This document shows positions 1 through 6,707 of a stretch of DNA of 24,000 bases, piece after piece. Both the position numbers and the translations under genes were made by a program. Origin of the DNA: Planctomycetota bacterium (lineage in GTDB: Bacteria > Planctomycetota > Phycisphaerae > Phycisphaerales > SM1A02); contig JBJOHC010000109.1 of the NCBI GenBank assembly GCA_046047955.1, positions 676 through 24,675 of the forward strand. Reading direction: 5' to 3'. The notes under the pieces were generated by a model. That model saw nothing but the letters and a program-made list of their open reading frames with translations. It had not been told where the DNA came from and did no database searches. Within the stretch, counting starts at the first letter, position 1. Every line of letters starts with the position of its first letter.

Positions 1-2
1 GA

Positions 3-1235
3 GTGGAAGCGGAAGGACGCCGCGAAGTGACGGACGACGCGACGCCCGCGGGTGCGGATGCGCCCGAGGATCCCGATTCCGCCGCGTGGGTCGATGTCGG
101 CGCCGCCGCCGAACTCGCGGCGCGTCCTCTGCAGCAGGTCCTCCTCGACGGGCGGACGCGCGTCGCGCTCAGCTGCGTCGACGGCGTCTTCGCCGCGATC
201 TCGGGCGTCTGCAACCATGTCGGCGGGCCGCTCGGCGAGGGCCGCCTCGAGCGCGTCGCGGGCGAGGACTACATCGTCTGCCCGTGGCACTACTGGAAGT
301 TCCACCGCGCGACGGGCGTCGGCGAGCCCGGATACGAGGCCGACTGCGTGCCGTCGCACGCGGTGCGCGTCGAGGATGGCCGCGTGCTCGTCGCGCGCAG
401 GCCCTCGACCGCGCGACGGAAGTCGAAGCACGCGCCGCACCCGCTCGCGCGCGAGCCGCGGCGCGAACCGGGCCCCGTGCGCGTCCTCGGCATCTCGACG
501 ACCGCCATGACCGAAGGCGAGCCCCGCTACTCGACGAGCGACGATCTCCTCGACGCGGCGCTCGCGGGCGCGGCCGACCTTGGCTGCGAGACGCGGCTCC
601 TGCGCGTGCGCGACCTCGCGTTCCGCGCGTGCGAGGGCTTCTACTCGAAGTCCGCGCGCGCGTGCACCTGGCCCTGCTCGATCACGCAGATGGACCCGAC
701 CGACCAGATGGACCGGGTCTACGAGGGCGTCGTCCACTGGGCCGATGTCATCCTCGTCGCGACGCCGATCCGCTGGGGCAACGCGAGCAGCCTCTACTAC
801 CGCATGGTCGAGCGGATGAACTGCATCCAGAACCAGGAGACCGTCGCGGGGCGCCACCTCATGCGCAACAAGGCCGCGGGCTTCATCATCACGGGCGGGC
901 AGGACAACGTGCAGGCCGTCGCCGGGCAGATGATGGGCTTCTTCGGCGAGATCGGCTGCCAGTTCCCGCAGTTCCCCTACATCGCGCATTCGCGCGGATG
1001 GAGCGCGGAGGACATGGAGAACAACCAGCGCGCGGTGCGGCGGAGCGCGTTTCTCCACGACGGCGCCCGCTCGCTCGCGGCGCGGTGCGTCGAGATGGCG
1101 AAGCTCCTCCTCTCGGGCACGCTCGCACCCGAGCCGCCCGCACGCGGTGGGCGCAAGGCGCACGCCGACGCGACGGCGACGGGCGACGGCGAAGCCGACG
1201 GCGCGCGGATGGTGCGCATCCACGACGGGCGGTGA
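3..1235 (+). CDS. Rieske [2Fe-2S] domain fused to a flavodoxin-like NAD(P)H-dependent FMN reductase domain (start uncertain, may extend past the left window edge)
   Basis: ORF 3..1235. The N-terminal part carries both Rieske ligand boxes (CNHVGGPL and CPWHYWKF). The C-terminal ~230 aa (VRVLGISTT...ADVILVATPIRWGNASS...AGFIITGGQDN) look like the flavodoxin-like FMN-reductase fold. Codons end in G/C almost throughout. TGA at 1233-1235. The first codon is GTG at position 3, so the true start could lie upstream of the window. Confidence 0.8.
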   Translation: MEAEGRREVTDDATPAGADAPEDPDSAAWVDVGAAAELAARPLQQVLLDGRTRVALSCVDGVFAAISGVCNHVGGPLGEGRLERVAGEDYIVCPWHYWKFHRATGVGEPGYEADCVPSHAVRVEDGRVLVARRPSTARRKSKHAPHPLAREPRREPGPVRVLGISTTAMTEGEPRYSTSDDLLDAALAGAADLGCETRLLRVRDLAFRACEGFYSKSARACTWPCSITQMDPTDQMDRVYEGVVHWADVILVATPIRWGNASSLYYRMVERMNCIQNQETVAGRHLMRNKAAGFIITGGQDNVQAVAGQMMGFFGEIGCQFPQFPYIAHSRGWSAEDMENNQRAVRRSAFLHDGARSLAARCVEMAKLLLSGTLAPEPPARGGRKAHADATATGDGEADGARMVRIHDGR

Positions 1236-1260
1236 CGGGCTCGACGGGCGGTGACAGGCG
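1223..1260. repeat. 19-nt tandem duplication (2 copies, 17/19 identical) spanning the stop codon of the Rieske-flavoprotein gene
   Basis: cgacgggcggtgacgggct (1223-1241) is directly followed by cgacgggcggtgacaggcg (1242-1260). The first copy contains the TGA at 1233-1235. Confidence 0.85.
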
Positions 1261-1321
1261 CGCCGGGCGCCTCCACGACGGCCGCTCACCGCACGACGCC
1301 CGCGGTGCGTCGTCCTTCCGC

Positions 1322-2749
1322 TCAGTCGCGCCGCCGCTCGAGCAGTTCGTAGAGCAGGTTGTCGACGAAGAGCGGCTGCTCGACCATCTCGATGTGCTCG
1401 TAGGGCAGGAAGACGACCGAGTCGAAGTCGAGCCAGTACTCGGCGGGCGCCGCGGCATCCTTCGCGACCGCCGCATCGGCGAGCGCCGAGGCGCGCGTCA
1501 CCTCGCCGTCGCCGGGAGCGCGCGAGCGGACGCGCATCGTTCCGTCCGCCGCGATTTCGGTCACATCGTCGGTCGCGATCGCGTCGCCCGTGATGAGGAC
1601 GCGCCGCAGATGCGCGGGCGGCGTCGACGGACGCGCGAGCGCCTCGTGAAACCGCTCGGCCGCGTCGAGGCACTTCGCGAGGTGGTCGCGCGCGATCGCG
1701 CGGCGCTCCGCGGCATCGTCCACCTCGGGCAGGAGCCACGCGAGGTACTCGGCCTGATCCTCGGCGAGCAGCCCCCAGCCGATCGACTCCCAGGTCGCCG
1801 CGTCGTGCATCGCGCGCGGCGCCCCCGCCTCGTCGACGATCCGCGCGAGGCGGTCGGGCGGCAGCAGCTGGTACATCGCGGGCAGCGTGCCGATCACCGC
1901 GGGGCGGTAGTACGGGAAGAGCGGGTTCAGGTCCCAGCCGTCGCGAAGCCGCGGGAGCGCGCGCACCGAGCCGCCGCTCGGCGTCCCGACGAGGATGAAG
2001 GTGCGGATGTTGCGCGCGCCCTCCCAGGTCGGCGCGGGCATGGGACCTTCATCGGGGAGCGCCTGCGCGCCGTAGCGGAGGTACCACTGCCCGAGCAGCC
2101 CGCCCATCGAATGGCAGACGAGATCGACCTTCACCTCGGCGTCGGGCGCGAGGCCGCGCTGCGCGCGCGCGATCCCCTGCAGTTCGCGGATGCGCGCATC
2201 GAGCGCCGCCGCCTGCGTCGAGACCTCGCGGCGCCAGTCGTAGGGGTTCTGCCAGCAGGTGTAGTGAAGACCGCCGTAGCGGACGGCGTCGGGGTCGGGC
2301 GGCGCGAGCGCGGTGTCGCGGTACTTGCCCGCGGCGAGCGCCTCGAGAAGTCCCGCGTACGCGCGGATCTCGAGCCCGCGCAGGAGCCCGAGGTCGAGCG
2401 TGACCGTGTCGAGCGCCTCGGGCGCGGTCAGACCGTCGCCGAGGGCGTTGAGCGATTTCCCGCGTTCCATCGGCAGCGCGAAGACGCGCGCGTCGGCGGG
2501 GTTGTCGGGATCGATCGCACCGAACTCGAAGGCGCCCCAGACATCGCGGCCCGACGCGGGGTCGTAGAGCTTCGAACCGAGAATGCCGGGCACGACGACG
2601 ACGGGCGTGCGCGTCGTCGCGGTCGCGCGGGCGCGCGCGCCGTAGATCGTCTCGAGTTCGATGCGACGGTCGCCACCGCAGGCGCAGGCGAGGAACGCGG
2701 CGGCGACCGCGCCCACGACGCGAACGATGGAGGGGGATCGGCGGTTCAT
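1322..2749 (-). CDS. LCAT/PGAP1-like alpha/beta-hydrolase (lipase/acyltransferase), secreted, possible lipoprotein
   Basis: Lies within ORF 1322..3112. I place the start at the internal ATG 2749-2747 (MNRRSPSIVRVVGAVAAAFLACACGG), which gives a signal peptide with a possible lipobox (FLAC). The upstream 121 codons are Arg-rich junk that overlaps the preceding gene. PVVVVPGILGSKLY is the LCAT-family N-terminal motif and VCHSMGG is a GxSxG nucleophile elbow. The start overlaps the upstream stop as ATGA. Confidence 0.85.
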   Translation of the reverse strand: MNRRSPSIVRVVGAVAAAFLACACGGDRRIELETIYGARARATATTRTPVVVVPGILGSKLYDPASGRDVWGAFEFGAIDPDNPADARVFALPMERGKSLNALGDGLTAPEALDTVTLDLGLLRGLEIRAYAGLLEALAAGKYRDTALAPPDPDAVRYGGLHYTCWQNPYDWRREVSTQAAALDARIRELQGIARAQRGLAPDAEVKVDLVCHSMGGLLGQWYLRYGAQALPDEGPMPAPTWEGARNIRTFILVGTPSGGSVRALPRLRDGWDLNPLFPYYRPAVIGTLPAMYQLLPPDRLARIVDEAGAPRAMHDAATWESIGWGLLAEDQAEYLAWLLPEVDDAAERRAIARDHLAKCLDAAERFHEALARPSTPPAHLRRVLITGDAIATDDVTEIAADGTMRVRSRAPGDGEVTRASALADAAVAKDAAAPAEYWLDFDSVVFLPYEHIEMVEQPLFVDNLLYELLERRRD

Positions 2750-3636
2750 GGATGCGAGGAGGGCTGCGAGGAGGGATGCGAGGAGGGCTGCACGGACGGC
2801 GGTTCGGCCGGCGCGCGATCGGGTGCCGCCACGACGGCGGCGCCCGCAGGCTCGCCGAAGCGCTCGATATGGAAATAGGCGAGATCGTCGCGCAGCTCGA
2901 CCTTCCCGTGCGCGACGAGGGGCCGACCGATCCAGGGCGCGAGCGCCTCGAACCCGATCGCGCCGCCGTCGGGGGCGACCGCGAGCGCGCGCCGCCACGA
3001 GCCGTCGGGTGCGCGGCAGACGAAGGCGGGCGGAATGCCGCCGCGGATGCAGAGCGTCGCGCAGTCGCGGTGCGCCTTGCCGTCGCCGGGCTTCATCACG
3101 CCGAGCCAGCACTTGCTGTCGACGATCTCGCCCGCGAGCGCGAGTGCACCGAGATCGACCGCGGGCGCGGAGGGAGGAACGCGCATCGTGGCACCGGGCG
3201 CGACGACTTCGACCGCGTCACCCTCGGCGAGCTCGATCATGCGCTGCCCGCTCCGCTCGATGAGGTAGCCGCGCACGCGCGCCTGCAGCACGCCGTCGGC
3301 GGGCACCCCTCCCTTCGCGAGGAGCGCCTCGAGCCGCGCACCCGCGCCGAGCTTTCCCATCTCGACGAGCAGGACGCGCCGCACGACGCCGTCGTCGCCC
3401 ATCGTCCGGAGCACCGGATGCGGCGCGCGAACGATCTCGCCCTCGAGGACGATCTCGCGTCCCGTCTCCCAGACGCCGAATCCCGGACGACGCTGCCCGA
3501 CCGCGAAGGTCGCCGCGAGCGCGAGGAGCGCCGCCGCCGCGACGGGCACGGCGAGCGCGAGGAAGCGCCTGTCGGCGCGCGGCAACGGCAGGTATCCGAC
3601 GTAGAACGCGCGGCCGCCGCCGCCCGCGCCGCTCAT
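2746..3636 (-). CDS. Single-pass membrane-anchored protein of unknown function with a Cys/His cluster and a PSSH/PSSQ repeat tail
   Basis: Lies within ORF 2746..4212. Start placed at ATG 3636-3634 (MSGAGGGGRAFYVGYLPLPRADRRFLALAVPVAAAALLALAATFAV), giving one N-terminal TM helix. The 192 upstream codons are Arg-rich and overlap the preceding real gene. Cluster: SKCWLGVMKPGDGKAHRDCATLCIRGGIPPAFVC. Both ends are ATGA overlaps with neighbouring genes. I do not recognise a named family. Confidence 0.7.
   Translation of the reverse strand: MSGAGGGGRAFYVGYLPLPRADRRFLALAVPVAAAALLALAATFAVGQRRPGFGVWETGREIVLEGEIVRAPHPVLRTMGDDGVVRRVLLVEMGKLGAGARLEALLAKGGVPADGVLQARVRGYLIERSGQRMIELAEGDAVEVVAPGATMRVPPSAPAVDLGALALAGEIVDSKCWLGVMKPGDGKAHRDCATLCIRGGIPPAFVCRAPDGSWRRALAVAPDGGAIGFEALAPWIGRPLVAHGKVELRDDLAYFHIERFGEPAGAAVVAAPDRAPAEPPSVQPSSHPSSQPSSHP
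2751..2798 (-). repeat. In-frame 12-nt tandem repeat (about 4 copies) encoding a (Q/H)PSS tail
   Basis: Plus strand reads gatgcgaggagg / gctgcgaggagg / gatgcgaggagg / gctgcacggacg. The minus-strand sense is CCCUCCUCGCA x3, encoding ...PSVQPSSHPSSQPSSHP* immediately before the lipase ATG. Confidence 0.9.
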
Positions 3637-4709
3637 GCGCCACCTCCCGCCCGCGCGCGGCACGGTGGAACGGGCGTGCCGGGCGCCTTCGCCTGCGGAT
3701 GGACGAGGATCGTCCGTCCCTCGATGCGCAGTTCGTAGGTGGGGATCCGCTCGGTGAAGGGCGGCGGAGACTGCCCGCAATCGGCGAGGTACTGGTAGCC
3801 GTGCCACGGGCAGGTCACGCAGCCATCGACGATGCGTCCCTCGGCGAGCGGCCCGCCCTGGTGCGCGCACACGCCCGAGATCGCCGAGTACGCGTCGCCC
3901 GAACGGAACACGGCGACCGTGCGCGCGCGACCGTCCGCGGGATCGGCGACGCGCACGCGCCGCGCGGCGCCGTCGTCGATCTCGTCGATGGCGCAGACGC
4001 GCACCCAGCCGTCGGCCTCGGCGCGCGCGACCGCGCGGTCGCGCGCGCGCTCGACGAATCCGACCGCGACATGGAGACCGACGACCCACGCGACGAGCGC
4101 GCCGGCCGCCCAGCCGTACACGGGCGACACCGCGTCCTGCAGCACGCCGAACCCGACATGCGCGACGAGGAGCGCGAACGCGAGGAAGACCAGCTGATGC
4201 AGCGACTTCCACGCGCGCGGAGAGAGGTTCCGCAGCCAGAAGTCATGGCTCGTCGCCGCCATGGCGAAGAGGATGAGGAGCGCGGCGAGCCCGAGCGGCT
4301 GGAACGGCAGCTGCGAGAGTCCGTCGAAGGGCCACCCGCTCGCGAGGATGCTCGCGAACGGATCGAGGACGCCGAAGCCGTGGTACCAGAGCGTCGCGAG
4401 CGCCCCGTGCGCGAACGCCATGAGGAACATCGTGACGCCGAGATGGCGGCGGTTGTAGAGGACGGGCGCGAGCCGCGGTGAGAGGCGCGCGAGCGGTCCG
4501 ATCGAGAGGATGACGACGAGGAGCGCGATCGCGCCCGTCCCGAACGCGCGGATCGCGAGGATGAGTTCGCTCACCTCCTCGCCCGCGGGCATCGTCGCGA
4601 CCGAGAGGGCGATGAAGGCCGCGACCCACCCGACGGCGATCGCGGCCACCAGCATGTCGTAGAACCGCTTGTGGCGGTTCCACTGGACGGCGCGATAGGC
4701 GACGCTCAT
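3633..4709 (-). CDS. Ferric-reductase-like transmembrane domain (six TM, two His pairs) fused to a C-terminal Rieske [2Fe-2S] domain
   Basis: ORF 3633..4709. Six hydrophobic helices. His pairs HLGVTMFLMAFAH (helix 3) and HQLVFLAFALLVAH (helix 5) resemble the heme-b ligands of the FRD/NOX/YedZ superfamily. The C-terminal domain has Rieske boxes CAHQGGPL and CPWHGYQY. A positively charged N-terminus plus an even TM count places the Rieske domain in the cytoplasm. Confidence 0.85.
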   Translation of the reverse strand: MSVAYRAVQWNRHKRFYDMLVAAIAVGWVAAFIALSVATMPAGEEVSELILAIRAFGTGAIALLVVILSIGPLARLSPRLAPVLYNRRHLGVTMFLMAFAHGALATLWYHGFGVLDPFASILASGWPFDGLSQLPFQPLGLAALLILFAMAATSHDFWLRNLSPRAWKSLHQLVFLAFALLVAHVGFGVLQDAVSPVYGWAAGALVAWVVGLHVAVGFVERARDRAVARAEADGWVRVCAIDEIDDGAARRVRVADPADGRARTVAVFRSGDAYSAISGVCAHQGGPLAEGRIVDGCVTCPWHGYQYLADCGQSPPPFTERIPTYELRIEGRTILVHPQAKAPGTPVPPCRARAGGGA

Positions 4710-5212
4710 CGCGCGGCCTCGCTCGGCGGCGCGGGGAGGCGCAGGGCGTCGTCCGCGGCCGCGGGTCGCGCGGGCTTCACGAGGAGCGCGACCGCGAGCG
4801 CCGCGAGCGCGAGCGGACCGAGGACGAGCCAGAGGACGAGGGCGCGCGCCCGCAACGCCTCGGAACGCGGCATCCAGGACGCCACCGCCTCGCCCGCGAC
4901 TTCAGGCGCCTCGCCGCGCGCCGAGCGCGCCACCGCCCGCCGCCATTTCGCGAGCATCCATGGCCAGAGGAGGACCGCGCCGGGCAGGATGAGAAGGCGG
5001 AATCCCCAGGTCGCGTGGCGCGCGACGGGGTCGATCGCCGCCGCACCGCGGACGGCGAACGGGATGGCGAACAGGAGGCCGATTCCCGCGTAGAGCGCCA
5101 CCCCCGCCTCGATCGCGAGGACCGCGGGAGGGACGAGCGAGGGCGCCGCGTCTGCGAGCGTACTTCGGAGGAGGATGGGGACGACCGCGGAGCCGCTCGG
5201 CACGCGGGGCAC
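4706..5212 (-). CDS. Small integral membrane protein (about 3 TM), unknown function; first gene of the operon
   Basis: ORF 4706..5212 with GTG start. Hydrophobic segments: AVLAIEAGVALYAGIGLLFAIPFAV, WGFRLLILPGAVLLWPWML, ALVLWLVLGPLALAALAVALLV. Its stop overlaps the next start as ATGA (4706-4709). Start codon choice is uncertain. Confidence 0.6.
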   Translation of the reverse strand: MPRVPSGSAVVPILLRSTLADAAPSLVPPAVLAIEAGVALYAGIGLLFAIPFAVRGAAAIDPVARHATWGFRLLILPGAVLLWPWMLAKWRRAVARSARGEAPEVAGEAVASWMPRSEALRARALVLWLVLGPLALAALAVALLVKPARPAAADDALRLPAPPSEAAR

Positions 5213-5356
5213 GATACCGTCAGTCCTACCCCCGCGAACTGCGTCGCGACCGCACCTTCAGTATCCTCCCCCGCGGCCTCCGACGCCCGTCGCGCGGGTC
5301 CGCACCGCCGAGCACAGCCGCCGCCTCGCGGCAGACGCCCTCCGTCGCCCACGCCC

Positions 5357-5884
5357 ATGCCGAACGATCCCCGCCGCGCACTCGCCCGCTCGCTCGAGAC
5401 CCTTGCCGCGCTCGCCGCGAAGTGCGACGACGCGCAGTACGCGGGCGGCCTCGCCTACGGATTCCACAGCCCGCTCGGCGCCCACTTCCGCCACTGCATC
5501 GATCATGTCGACGCGCTCCTGCACGGGATCGGGTCGGGCGAGATCTCGTACGACCGCCGCGAACGCGGCACCGCGATCGAGAAGGACCGCGCCGCGGGAC
5601 TCGCCGCCGCCGCCGACCGCGCCGCGCGCGTCCTCGCCGTCGACGACGCGTCGCTCACCGCCGCGCTCACCGTCCGCGCGATGGTCGCACCCGACGCGCC
5701 CGAGGCGGCGTTCCATTCGTCGGTCGAGCGGGAGTTCCTCTATGTCTTCCACCACACCGTGCACCACACGGCCCTGATGTCGGCGCAGGCGACGAACATG
5801 GGCGTCCAGCCCGACCCGAAGGCGGGTCGGGCGCCCGCGACGCTCGCGAACGACGCCGCGGGCGCGCCCGCGGCGCGCAGCTGA
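5357..5884 (+). CDS. DinB-superfamily (DinB_2-like) metal-binding four-helix-bundle protein
   Basis: Lies within ORF 5015..5884. Start placed at the in-frame ATG 5357 (MPNDPRRALARSLETLA). His-rich motifs typical of DinB proteins are present: HFRHCIDHVDALLH and FHHTVHHTALM. The 114 upstream codons are Arg/Asp-rich and overlap the divergent operon. Confidence 0.75.
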   Translation: MPNDPRRALARSLETLAALAAKCDDAQYAGGLAYGFHSPLGAHFRHCIDHVDALLHGIGSGEISYDRRERGTAIEKDRAAGLAAAADRAARVLAVDDASLTAALTVRAMVAPDAPEAAFHSSVEREFLYVFHHTVHHTALMSAQATNMGVQPDPKAGRAPATLANDAAGAPAARS

Positions 5885-5951
5885 CAGCGTTCGTCGGGTC
5901 GTGACCGCCGACGCGCGAACCGCTCCGCATCGCCCGCCCCCGCCCGGATCC

Positions 5952-6707
5952 ATGTGCACGCTCACGATCATCCCCGCCACCGAGGCGTCGGGCGGCGTCT
6001 GGCGACTCGCCTTCAACCGCGACGAGCAGCGGACGCGCGCCGCAGGCACCGAGCCGCGCCTCGTCGATGTCGGCGGTCGGCGCGCCGCGCATCCGGTCGA
6101 CGCGACCGCGGGCGGCACCTGGATCGCCACGACCGACGCGGGACTCGCCCTCGCGACGCTGAACCGGAACGAACCCGGACTTCCCGACGGACGCGCGCCG
6201 GGCGCGAGCCGCGGCGCCCTCATCCTCGCGCTCCTCGAGGCGGAGACGCTCGACGACGCCGCGGCGCGCGCCGCGACCGCCGCGACCGCCGTCACGCGCG
6301 GATTCCGTCTCGTCGCAACCGACGGCGCGCGCGTCCTCGAGGTCACGGGCGGCGGCGACGCGCCCGCCACGATCGCGATCGAACCGCTCGTCCGGCCCTT
6401 CCTGCGCGCCTCGAGCGGACTCGGCGATGCGCTCGTCGGCCCGCCGCGCGCCGAACTCTTCGCGGCGACCGTCCTCCGCGCCCCGCCCGACGCCTGGCCC
6501 GCCGCGCAGACCGCCTTCCACGACCACGCGTGGAGCGATCGCCGGCACCTTTCGGTGCGGATGGATCGCGACGAGGCGCGCACGGTGAGCCGCACCTTCA
6601 TCGAGGTCGCGCGCGACGCGATCCGCATGCGCCACGCGAACCGCACGGACCGTGCGCCCGACGCGCGATTCGATCCCGAGCACACGATCGATCTCCCGCG
6701 CCGATGA
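5952..6707 (+). CDS. NRDE-family protein (TANGO2-like; N-terminal Met-Cys)
   Basis: Lies within ORF 5901..6707. Start placed at ATG 5952, giving MCTLTIIP... followed by the family-defining RLAFNRDE motif. The alternative start is GTG 5901. The stop overlaps the next gene's start as ATGA (6704-6707). Confidence 0.8.
   Translation: MCTLTIIPATEASGGVWRLAFNRDEQRTRAAGTEPRLVDVGGRRAAHPVDATAGGTWIATTDAGLALATLNRNEPGLPDGRAPGASRGALILALLEAETLDDAAARAATAATAVTRGFRLVATDGARVLEVTGGGDAPATIAIEPLVRPFLRASSGLGDALVGPPRAELFAATVLRAPPDAWPAAQTAFHDHAWSDRRHLSVRMDRDEARTVSRTFIEVARDAIRMRHANRTDRAPDARFDPEHTIDLPRR

Noticed and set aside
1293-1313. Short hairpin ACGACGC-N7-GCGTCGT between the convergent Rieske-flavoprotein and lipase genes, considered as a bidirectional terminator
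   Set aside because: The stem is only 7 bp with a 7-nt loop and no flanking T/A runs. Stems of this size arise readily by chance in GC-rich sequence.
86-2878. 930-aa plus-strand ORF spanning the first two genes
   Set aside because: The translation is a low-complexity run of Arg/Ala/Gly/Pro. It is out of frame with, or antisense to, ORFs that carry clear Rieske, flavoprotein and lipase motifs. This is a typical shadow ORF in very GC-rich DNA.
2750-3112. N-terminal 121 residues of ORF 1322..3112 (extension of the lipase gene)
   Set aside because: The extension is Arg-rich and lies entirely inside the upstream gene. The internal ATG at 2749 gives a proper signal peptide with a possible lipobox and forms an ATGA junction.
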